Part shown: positions 1 through 11,507 of the stretch, in pieces
How positions within the stretch are numbered: the stretch's first letter is position 1
Layout: each line of letters starts with the position of its first letter
NCBI GenBank assembly: GCA_963835065.1
Contig: CAWIEK010000056.1
Location: 1 to 64,000 of the forward strand
Reading direction: 5' to 3'
Length of the DNA stretch: 64,000 nt
Source: an uncultured Chthonomonadaceae bacterium
Lineage (GTDB): Bacteria; Armatimonadota; Chthonomonadetes; Chthonomonadales; Chthonomonadaceae
Translations under genes and position numbers: made by a program
The notes under the pieces: model-generated
What the model saw: only the letters and a program-made list of their open reading frames with translations
Told to the model about the DNA's origin: nothing
Databases searched by the model: none

Positions 1-15
1 TTGCCACAATCGCCA

Positions 16-52
16 CCTATGGCCGGAAGCGTTCACTCCTTCCGGCCATAGG
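16..52. terminator. 14-bp perfect hairpin, terminator-like
   Basis: CCTATGGCCGGAAG (16-29) and CTTCCGGCCATAGG (39-52) with a 9-nt loop, upstream of the Gam-like gene. Confidence 0.5.
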
Positions 53-107
53 GGAACAACCCGCGCTTTGAAAAAAAGTACAAAAATAGGTTCAATCTCT
101 TTCCTTT

Positions 108-129
108 TTACTACGAACGTTCGTAGTAA
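108..129. promoter_or_regulatory. 22-bp perfect palindrome, candidate operator of the gam-recombinase promoter
   Basis: TTACTACGAAC-GTTCGTAGTAA just upstream of a TGG-TATACT -10-like box (132-140) and a purine-rich RBS before ATG 167. Confidence 0.55.
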
Positions 130-166
130 TATGGTATACTACTCAAGAAGGGAATCGATTTCTACC

Positions 167-661
167 ATGACCGCTATTGCCGAACAATCCGCGCCCACCT
201 TTTGCATCAACAGTGACAGCGCCGCCGATTGGCTGTTGAAACAAGTTGCCGCGTATGACGCCGAAGAGAAGCTGCTGAAAGAACAACATGAGGCCGCAGT
301 CAAGCGGGTACACAGTGACAAGGAAAGCCTGCTGCACCTGTACCGCGAACAACTGGAAAGCTACATCGGGCAGAAGATAGCAGAAGACAAGCGAGGCCGT
401 AAAAGCGTTATCCTGCCGCATGGAACGTGCGCCCTGCGAACCGTTCCCGCCCGCCTGAAACTAACCGATATGCAGCAGGCTATGGATTGGGCAAAACAGG
501 CGGCTATGCCCGATGTGTTCAAAACGGTTGAAGCGTTTGACGCGGAACGGTATCAGCAGGCCGCGCAGTGTGCCTTAGAAACGCAGGGCGCTATCCTTCC
601 GGGCGTGGAAGTGTTACCCGCTCGCGAATCGTTCTCTATCAAGTTCGGCGCGAAAGAGTAG
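167..661 (+). CDS. Mu Gam-like host-nuclease inhibitor / DNA end-binding protein
   Basis: N-terminal coiled coil (ADWLLKQV...), then RKSVILPHGTCALR and a C-terminal LPGVEV..E.F.IK, typical of Gam/Gp157-like proteins; ATG 167 chosen by RBS. Confidence 0.65.
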   Translation: MTAIAEQSAPTFCINSDSAADWLLKQVAAYDAEEKLLKEQHEAAVKRVHSDKESLLHLYREQLESYIGQKIAEDKRGRKSVILPHGTCALRTVPARLKLTDMQQAMDWAKQAAMPDVFKTVEAFDAERYQQAAQCALETQGAILPGVEVLPARESFSIKFGAKE

Positions 662-735
662 ACGCCGAACCTACGGCCTGCCGGGAGCCGTCATTTTCCC
701 GGCGTGTTTCCCGTTAACAGGAAGGAACCGAACCA

Positions 736-2388
736 ATGACAACCATGCAAACCGCCGTTCTGTACCTGCGCGTCAGCACCGACATACAGGCGCAGCAGGG
801 AACCTCTCTGGAATCACAAGAGATTGTCTGCTACCGTAAGGCGCAGGAGTTGGGCGTCCGCGTTCTGGACGTGATACGAGATGAGGGCGTAAGCGGGGCA
901 TTGTACTACACGCGGGAGGGTATTCAAAAAGCCCTGAACTACCTTGAATCGGGCGCGGCCTCTATTCTTATCGTTGCGAAACTGGACAGAGCAGGGCGCG
1001 ACGTGGACGCCCTGCGCGACATTCGCCGCCGTGTCAACAAAGTTGGTGAACTGGTATTTGCCGATGGAGTTCAGTTCGCCGCAAATGCTACGGGCAACCT
1101 CCTGTTCAACATCAACAGCAGTTTTGCCGAATACGAGAAAGAAACAGTTAAGGAACGATTACACGGCGGAACCCGACAACGCGCCGAACAGGGAAAACAG
1201 CCCTGCCGCAACCGTCCGCCGTTCGGATACTACCTCCCGCAATTTGACGATGTGGTACGCGGAACCTATACCGCCGAGCAGGTAGGCACATACATTATCG
1301 TAGAGGAACAAGCCCGGTACGTGCGCGAGATATTCACCCGGTTTGTGTCGGGCATATCCCTGCGTAAAATCTGTGCATGGCTGGACGCCGAAAGCGTCAG
1401 GCCGAACAAAGGAGGGGCGCACTGGACGCATGGTTCCCTGCATTACATTCTGCAAAATCCAGTCTACAAAGGCACAGGCCGATGGCGGAACGAGCAAACC
1501 CTGACTGATGAAACCCGCGCCGAAAAGGGGTATAGCGTCAAGCATCGCATACCTGCCCCCGAAGGGGAAACAGTCTATATCCCCGCCCCGGCGCTGGTGA
1601 CAGAGGAAGTCTGGAATCAGTGCCAGCAGCAGTGTACCCGTAACCGCGAACGGCAGGGCGGCAATCCAAGCCGCCGTTATATGCTGTCAGGGATTGCGCG
1701 TTGCATCCTATGCGGCGGCAAAATGTGCGCGAAAAGCGATAAGCATCACCTGTACTATCGGTGCAAGACGGCAAAGAATGGCGGCCAGTGCGTAGATCGG
1801 TACTATCGCGCCGACTTCGTGGAACCGCTGGTCAAAGAGTTTGTGGAGGAAGTCGCCGCCCATCCCGAATTGCTGCACAATGCTGCCCTAGCCTATGATA
1901 AAGTCGAAGCCGTTGGGAAAGATACGAACGGGGAACGGGCGCGTCTGCAAGCGGAATGGGACGCCCTGAACAAGCGAGAACAGGCCACCATTCAGGCGCA
2001 AATTGCAGGCATAGCCGCTGGCGCAGCCGTAGACGCATACAACGCCGTCTTTGCCGACATTGCTGCCACACGTACACGATTGAAAAAGCAGATAGATGCT
2101 CTGCCGATAGAGGGAAGCAACATTGCCGAACGGAGCGCAAAAACCATTGCAGAAAAAGCGGCGGAGATATTGCAGGACGTGCATCTTGTGCTGAACGCGC
2201 CGGAAGTGTCGGACGTGGTAAAGAACGAACTGCTTTCCCGCGTCGTGGATACCGTGAAGCCAAACGAGGAGGGAGCAGAGATAACTCTGCTCCCTAGTTC
2301 CCTAACACATTTAAGTGTGCAGACGGGGGTACGTGTCCACAGGGCTTTAATGTGTTGTGATTATCTCAATCAAACTTTCGGCGCGTGA
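736..2388 (+). CDS. Large serine recombinase (resolvase, recombinase, Zn-ribbon and coiled-coil domains)
   Basis: YLRVSTDIQ catalytic Ser motif, DEGVSG, KLDRAGR, PPFGY, ILQNPVYKG, CILCG...YYRC...C zinc ribbon. Confidence 0.95.
   Translation: MTTMQTAVLYLRVSTDIQAQQGTSLESQEIVCYRKAQELGVRVLDVIRDEGVSGALYYTREGIQKALNYLESGAASILIVAKLDRAGRDVDALRDIRRRVNKVGELVFADGVQFAANATGNLLFNINSSFAEYEKETVKERLHGGTRQRAEQGKQPCRNRPPFGYYLPQFDDVVRGTYTAEQVGTYIIVEEQARYVREIFTRFVSGISLRKICAWLDAESVRPNKGGAHWTHGSLHYILQNPVYKGTGRWRNEQTLTDETRAEKGYSVKHRIPAPEGETVYIPAPALVTEEVWNQCQQQCTRNRERQGGNPSRRYMLSGIARCILCGGKMCAKSDKHHLYYRCKTAKNGGQCVDRYYRADFVEPLVKEFVEEVAAHPELLHNAALAYDKVEAVGKDTNGERARLQAEWDALNKREQATIQAQIAGIAAGAAVDAYNAVFADIAATRTRLKKQIDALPIEGSNIAERSAKTIAEKAAEILQDVHLVLNAPEVSDVVKNELLSRVVDTVKPNEEGAEITLLPSSLTHLSVQTGVRVHRALMCCDYLNQTFGA
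2311..2350. other. Candidate attachment (att) junction inside the recombinase 3' end
   Basis: Imperfect dyad TTAAGTGTGCAGACG-GGGGTA-CGTGTCCACAGGGCTTTAA; identity with the second repeat copy begins abruptly at 2331. Confidence 0.45.
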
Positions 2389-2672
2389 GGTTAGCGCGTC
2401 GGTCATGCGTCGGCGCATTGACGAGACTTGACTTTGTTGGGCGCTATGGTGTCGCGCTGACATCCGCGCTTGCCACATGCAGGGCAGGAGTTTTATATCC
2501 AAGCCGATTTATGCGGCGGCGCTTTATGCGTGTCTCGTGTCTGTGCCTTGCCTCAATTGCTACAATCCGGTGGCGTCATCGTATCTCATCCTTCCAGGTA
2601 TTGGGCCGTCCACAGCATCCGTAGATGCCATCCTCTCGGTTTCGTGGTCGTACCTCCCCGTGTTTGGATTTT

Positions 2673-2870
2673 GTGACAACTCCCCTCGGATAAATCCGGG
2701 GGCTTCTACGGTCTTGCACCGATGCTGTGTTGCCCCACAGCAAGTTTTTGGTAACAGGCTGCGACAAATGCGCGAATCTTTCGGTTCGCATCGGCGTCAT
2801 TTCCTACGCTTGCTTATCGCGCCGATGAGAAGGATGTTGGAATCGTTACTTCCAGCCTCGTCCTTGTTAC
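2673..2870 (-). ncRNA. Orphan TnpB omega-RNA-like structured RNA ending in an IS200/IS605 right end (copy 1)
   Basis: Minus strand ends ...GTGCAAGACCGTA-GAAG-CCCCCGGATTTATCCGAGGGG-AGTTG-TCAC; several upstream stems; a sigma70-type promoter places the start near 2870. Confidence 0.7.
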
Positions 2871-2876
2871 AATGTT

Positions 2877-2905
2877 AAGATACACCCTTTTCTTTCCGTT
2901 GTCAA
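2877..2905 (-). promoter_or_regulatory. Sigma70-type promoter for the omega-like RNA
   Basis: TTGACA (2905-2900), 17 nt, TATCTT (2882-2877). Confidence 0.7.
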
Positions 2906-3027
2906 GGGCGATGCGCAAAATTTTTGAAAATATTTGTCACTGTTTTTGTCGGGCAAGCATTTCCTATCTCATCCTCTCGCAATGGATTGTACGGCTATAG
3001 CGGCAAATTGTACGCATGTAGCCTTGT

Positions 3028-4418
3028 TTACGGCTTCTGCTGTGCCTTCCTTTCTAACTCTTCGTAGCGTTCCGGGTCGGTTTTGCGCAGATAGTCCCGC
3101 AGGCGTGAGCGTAGGTACTCCCGGACGCGGAACGTATCGCCCTCCGTATCCCGAACCGAGCCGTCGCGTACAAACCATGCAAACGCGGCATCCGCTTCTT
3201 CCCCATCGCTTAACATAGAGCGCAGTGTCCGCTTGTTCACATCATCCAGAAACAGCGCGGTTTCCAGCCATTGTTTTTCCTGCGCGGTCATCCAGCGCGT
3301 CGTGCGGTCATAAAACCGTTTCAAGCGCAGGACGCCCCGGCTGCCCGATTCGGCTTCTTCGATCCACAACTGCGTGTAGAACGGGTAGCCCTGCGTGTCC
3401 CGCCAGGCGCGTTCCTGATCCTCCACTGTTGTCACGCCATACGATTCGACAAGCGCGTCCATTTCACTGCGGGACAGGGGCGCGAGAACCAGGGGCTTGA
3501 GGAGGGAAGAGGCAAGGTGCTGATCCCACGCTGGATGCGTCGCCTGCAACTGGTCGCGTCCCAGCACGATGACGAGGGAGGGGAACGGCGCGGTTTTCAA
3601 GGCAGGCAGCATATAGCCACGAGAAACTCTTCCAGCGATTCCTGCAGTTTTTCATAATCGTCCAGCACGAGCAGCAGTTGATGCGTGTCCGGGAATTTGG
3701 CGTGGCTTGCTTTCAGAATGTCTTTGCGGCGGTAGCCGGCGAGGATGGCAGCGAGATCGGAAATGAGGGCGTCGGCGAGTTCGCGGCAGGCGTTTTCCTT
3801 GATCGCGTTGCGCTGCGCGGTCGCTTTGCGCAGTCCCAGGCGTTCGATGAGGCGGGCGTTTTCTTCGCGCAGGCTGTGGAGCAGGGGCAGGGAGGCTTCC
3901 AGCACGGGACGCCATTTTTCCAGTTCGCGGAAATTGACGCGCTTTTTGGTGACGGGCGACACTTCGTTCAGCCGCTTGCCGGCGGTAAAGGCTTGATCCA
4001 GAAACCGGAGCAGCGCGGCCTGCCCCTCTTTGTCGCCGGGATGCTGTTTGAGAAACTCGTTCCCGGCCTGGTTCTTGATGTCGGCAATGGTCTGGAGGAC
4101 ACGCTTCACGGTGAGGAAGTAGTAGCCGTCGGCTTGTCGTGGAGCGCGGGAGCCTCGGCGCTGTCCACCAACGGGCAAGGGCGGCAGCCAGCGTGTCGGA
4201 AGCGGGATTGTTGCCGTCAAGATTCAGGCGCAAAAAATGCCGGTCGGTCAGGTCGGTTTGCGTCAGGACATGCGCGAACAGGCAGCTTTTACCAATGCCG
4301 CCCGGCCCTTCGATGCTCTGCACCGTAAGCGGCCCATGAGCGCGGAGTTCGCCCGCAAGGGTCGCTTGCAGCCGTGTAACCGCGTCCTGCCTCCCACAAA
4401 GTGTTCTTCCGCCGACAT
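3028..4418 (-). pseudogene. STAND/AAA_16-like P-loop ATPase, copy 1, several frameshifts
   Basis: Pieces in different frames: MSAEEHFV, GPGGIGKS (Walker A), LLVLDDYE (Walker B), TQGYPFY; indels relative to copy 2. Confidence 0.8.
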
Positions 4419-4801
4419 TCTTTACTGCCTTATGGGCTTAGTTCTTCGTAATGGTTTCGACGTGTCCACAGGGCTTTAATGTGTTGTGATTATCTCAATC
4501 AAACTTTCGGCGCGTGAGGTTAGCGCGTCGGTCATGCGTCGGCGCATTGACGAGACTTGACTTTGTTGGGCGCTATGGTGTCGCGCTGACATCCGCGCTT
4601 GCCACATGCAGGGCAGGAGTTTTATATCCAAGCCGATTTATGCGGCGGCGCTTTATGCGTGTCTCGTGTCTGTGCCTTGCCTCAATTGCTACAATCCGGT
4701 GGCGTCATCGTATCTCATCCTTCCAGGTATTGGGCCGTCCACAGCATCCGTAGATGCCATCCTCTCGGTTTCGTGGTCGTACCTCCCCGTGTTTGGATTT
4801 T

Positions 4802-4999
4802 GTGACAACTCCCCTCGGATAAATCCGGGGGCTTCTACGGTCTTGCACCGATGCTGTGTTGCCTCACAGCAAGTTTTTGGTAACAGGCTGCGACAAATGC
4901 GCGAATCTTTCGGTTCGCATCGGCGTCATTTCCTACGCTTGCTTATCGCCCCGATGAGAAGGATGTTGGAATCGTTACTTCCAGCCTCGTCCTTGTTAC
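4802..4999 (-). ncRNA. Orphan TnpB omega-RNA-like structured RNA (copy 2)
   Basis: Same as 2673-2870 with two substitutions seen by eye; identical putative guide region downstream. Confidence 0.7.
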
Positions 5000-5005
5000 A
5001 ATGTT

Positions 5006-5034
5006 AAGATACACCCTTTTCTTTCCGTTGTCAA
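5006..5034 (-). promoter_or_regulatory. Sigma70-type promoter for the omega-like RNA, copy 2
   Basis: TTGACA-N17-TATCTT. Confidence 0.7.
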
Positions 5035-5156
5035 GGGCGGTGCGCAAAATTTTTGAAAATATTTGTCACTGTTTTTGTCGGGCAAGCATTTCCTATCTCA
5101 TCCTCTCGCAACGGATTGTACGGCTATAGCGGCAAATTGTACGGCTGTAGCCTTGC

Positions 5157-6552
5157 CTACGGCTTCTGCTGTGCCTTCCTTTCTAACTCTTCGTAGCGTT
5201 CCGGGTCGGTTTTGCGCAGATAGTCCCGCAGGCGTGAGCGTAGGTACTCCCGGACGCGGAACGTATCGCCCTCCGTATCCCGAACTGAGCCGTCGCGTAC
5301 AAACCATGCAAACGCGGCATCCGCTTCTTCCCCATCGCTTAACATAGAGCGCAGTGTCCGCTTGTTCACATCATCCAGGAACAGCGCGATTTCCAGCCAT
5401 TGTTTTTCCTGCGCGGTCATCCAGCGCGTCGTGCGGTCATAAAACCGTTTCAAGCGCAGGACGCCCCGGCTGCCCGATTCGGCTTCTTCGATCCACAACT
5501 GCGTGTAGAACGGGTAGCCCTGCGTATCCCTCCAGGCGCGTTCCTTATCCTCCACTGTTGTCACGCCATACAATTCGACAAGCGCGTCCATTTCACTGCG
5601 GGACAGGGGCGCGAGAACAAGGGGCTTGAGGAGGGAAGAGGCAAGGTGCTGATCCCACGCTGGATGCGTCGCCTGCAACTGGTCGCGTCCCAGCGACGAT
5701 GACGAGGGAGGGGAACGGAGCGGTTTTCAAGGCAGGCAGCATATAGCCTACGAGAAACTCTTCCAGCGATTCCTGCAGTTTTTCATAATCGTCCAGCACG
5801 AGCAGCAGTTGATGCGTGTCCGGGAGTTTGGCATGGCTTGCTTTCAGAATGTCTTTGCGGCGGTAACCGGCGAGGATGGCGGCGAGATCGGAAATGAAGG
5901 CGTCGGCGAGTTCGCGGCAGGCGTTTTCCTTGATCGCGTTGCGCTGCGCAGTCGCTTTTCGTAATCCCAGGCGTTCGATAAGGCGGGCGTTTTCTTCGCG
6001 CAGGCTGTGGAGCAGGGGCAGGGAGGCTTCCAATACGGGCCGCCACTTTTCCAGTTCGCGGAAGTTGACGCGCTTCTTGGTGACGGGCGACACTTCGTTG
6101 AGCCGCTTGCCGGCGTTAAAGGCTTGATCCAGAAACCGGAGCAGCGCGGCCTGCCCCTCTTTATCGCCAGGATGCTGTTTGAGAAACTCGTTTCCGGCTT
6201 GGTTCTTGATGTCGGCAATGGTCTGAAGGACGCCCTTCACGGTCTGAAAGTAGTAGCCCGCAGGCTTGTCGTGGAGCGCGGGAGCCTCGGCGCTGTCCAC
6301 CACACGGGCAAGGGCGGCAGTCAGCGTATCGGAAGCGGGATCGTTGCCATCAAGGGTAAGGCGCAGAAAATGCCGGTCGGTCAGGTCGGTTTGCGCCAAA
6401 ACATGCGCGAACAGGCAGCTTTTACCAATGCCGCCCGGCCCTTCGATGCTCTGCACCGTAAGCGGCCCATGAGCGCGGAGTTCGCCCGCAAGGGTCGCCT
6501 GCAATCGCGTAACCGCGTCCTGCCTCCCGACAAAGTGTTCTTCCGCCGCCAT
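5157..6552 (-). CDS. STAND/AAA_16-like P-loop ATPase (~464 aa), copy 2, one +1 frameshift near 5695
   Basis: MAAEEHFVGR, GPGGIGKS, LLVLDDYE; the C-terminal part is in ORF 5157-5678; extra G (CAGCGACGAT vs CAGCACGAT in copy 1). Confidence 0.8.
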
Positions 6553-6592
6553 ATCGCCACGTCCATACCTGCTTATTGAGGTAATACTCTGG

Positions 6593-7111
6593 TTACTCAG
6601 ACATGCTCTGCAAGCGATCCGCATACTTCTGCTTCAAGTCATCCAATGTAAGGTAATTGCCTGCTGCATAGTCGGCTTCTCCTTGCTTTACAGCATCCAT
6701 GACGTCCGCTTCTTCCTCCGGGGTCAACTCCTCAAATTCGATTTCTGACCGGGAATAAGCCTTAACGCAGTCAAGGGGCTGCCTGTCACGAGAAAGAACC
6801 GTAAGTTCTTGAAGACGCAAATCTATATCGCTGCGTATCGCCTGATTTTCTTCAGTCAACGTTCGGATGTGTGCGGCAACAGTTTGCAGTTCGGCTAAGG
6901 ATGTGTTGACTTGTGCCTGCAGCGTTTCGACGGAAAGCCTACTTGAAGGGACATTTGCCGTCAGCAACGCGCCTTCCAAAGCATCTTGCTGCGCGTACCA
7001 GTCCTTCAGCAACGCTTCCTCTGCTGCTGTTAAAACCTCTCCCTGTGTTGCTCTATTGTGCAGTTGTTGTGGATAGGTGAGTTCCGCCAAGGCAAACCTC
7101 CAAAAATTCAT
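6593..7111 (-). CDS. Hypothetical coiled-coil protein with an antitoxin-like C-terminus
   Basis: 172-aa ORF; tail ELTPEEEADVMDAVKQGEADYAAGNYLTLDDL resembles small antitoxin motifs. Confidence 0.5.
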   Translation of the reverse strand: MNFWRFALAELTYPQQLHNRATQGEVLTAAEEALLKDWYAQQDALEGALLTANVPSSRLSVETLQAQVNTSLAELQTVAAHIRTLTEENQAIRSDIDLRLQELTVLSRDRQPLDCVKAYSRSEIEFEELTPEEEADVMDAVKQGEADYAAGNYLTLDDLKQKYADRLQSMSE

Positions 7112-7131
7112 CCGCGAGTATGCGGCAGAAT

Positions 7132-7773
7132 TTAGAACTTAATATCCTCCATGGAGGCTTCCCGGCGCGGCTCAAGGCGGCCCAGATCAATCGCAAGTAC
7201 ATGGTCGCCGCTCCCATCGGCAGGCTCCGTGCTGACGCGAATTCCATTTCGGCTTTTACCATAGTAGCGTCCCTTCGTCACAACGGTGCAGGGGCTTCGC
7301 AGCCGCATATCTCCCGTGATGGAGCCATCCTCATGCCCCAGCTCGCCAATCGTATTGTCCAGACTGTAGAACCGATGCTTTTTGCGACTGTAGAAAGAAA
7401 CGGGACGATGCCAGGGACCGTGACCGCCCGAACTGTCCATGCTATAAACGAAGAAACGTCCATCCGCTGTCCAAGCCGCTTTACGAACCGTATAGCCCTG
7501 CCCTCGGTAGGAAGAGTAATCCTTACGCGCCAACAGACGGCCGTCGGCGCGGCGAATTTCGATGCAGCTTGGCGGGTCGCCATAGGAGTGGCGTTGTTTC
7601 AGAAAAACCACGCTTGCAATGAGAGAGCCATCCGGGGAGCGATGCGCGTCGCGGCGTATAATTTTCTGCTCTTCCCCAACTTTCCTTGCCGTTGCTGCCA
7701 GGCCTCTCGAAGTCAGCGCGAACAGCAGACCGCAAGCGAGGAGTATATAACAGGGAATGGGTCGGTTGTTCAT
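7132..7773 (-). CDS. Hypothetical exported protein
   Basis: Signal peptide-like N-terminus; SPDGS and WTADGRFF beta-propeller-like motifs. Confidence 0.6.
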   Translation of the reverse strand: MNNRPIPCYILLACGLLFALTSRGLAATARKVGEEQKIIRRDAHRSPDGSLIASVVFLKQRHSYGDPPSCIEIRRADGRLLARKDYSSYRGQGYTVRKAAWTADGRFFVYSMDSSGGHGPWHRPVSFYSRKKHRFYSLDNTIGELGHEDGSITGDMRLRSPCTVVTKGRYYGKSRNGIRVSTEPADGSGDHVLAIDLGRLEPRREASMEDIKF

Positions 7774-7981
7774 GGTTTTTTCGCTGCATCCAAAAAGCGC
7801 TTCAAAGTCAGGCCGCGTCCTCTTCTATGTAATGGACAAACCACTTAAACACGGCACAAGTTAGTGTCTACAGGACAATTGGCCGCAGGCCTAACAACCG
7901 GCATTTTATATGCCGGGTTCTATGCGGCGGTACAATGTTTGAGTGGTTTGCCAATAGGTTGTATGTAAGCGTGATACTGGC

Positions 7982-11371
<3,390 letters not shown>

Positions 11372-11507
11372 AGGCTGTTAGAAGCGGCGCGAAGGCGAAG
11401 GTGACAGCAAAAACTCTGCCCCGTCACCATAGAAGGGCAGCGTTTTCACAAAGAATGAGACTACACCAAAATTATACAACACAAATGCGCGGCATGTGGA
11501 ACGATAG

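Larger units (their letters stand above)
2331..4418. repeat. Copy 1 of a ~2.1 kb tandem direct duplication
   Basis: Aligns to 4460-6552 (initial offset 2129); near-identical on the left, more substitutions and indels in the ATPase part. Confidence 0.97.
4460..6552. repeat. Copy 2 of the ~2.1 kb tandem duplication
   Basis: Starts ACGTGTCCACAGGG at 4460 and ends at the ATPase start codon; separated from copy 1 by 41 unique bp (4419-4459). Confidence 0.97.

Noticed and set aside
108..129. Gram-positive LexA box
   Set aside because: GAAC and GTTC are adjacent rather than separated by 4 nt; kept only as a generic operator.
2653..2672. In-window target for the putative guide
   Set aside because: No convincing match found by eye apart from the duplicate copy; a computational search is needed.
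736..2870. IS607 element (serine TnpA + TnpB)
   Set aside because: The recombinase is a 550-aa integrase type with no N-terminal HTH, there is no tnpB, and the RNA is on the opposite strand.
2385..2878. Overlapping plus-strand ORFs (and their copies at 4514-5007)
   Set aside because: No recognisable motifs or RBS; the region is better explained by the minus-strand RNA.
7944..7972. Xer dif site, or integron attC near GCCTAAC at ~7888
   Set aside because: Arm matches are too weak, there is no partner GTTRRRY box, and no tyrosine integrase is present.
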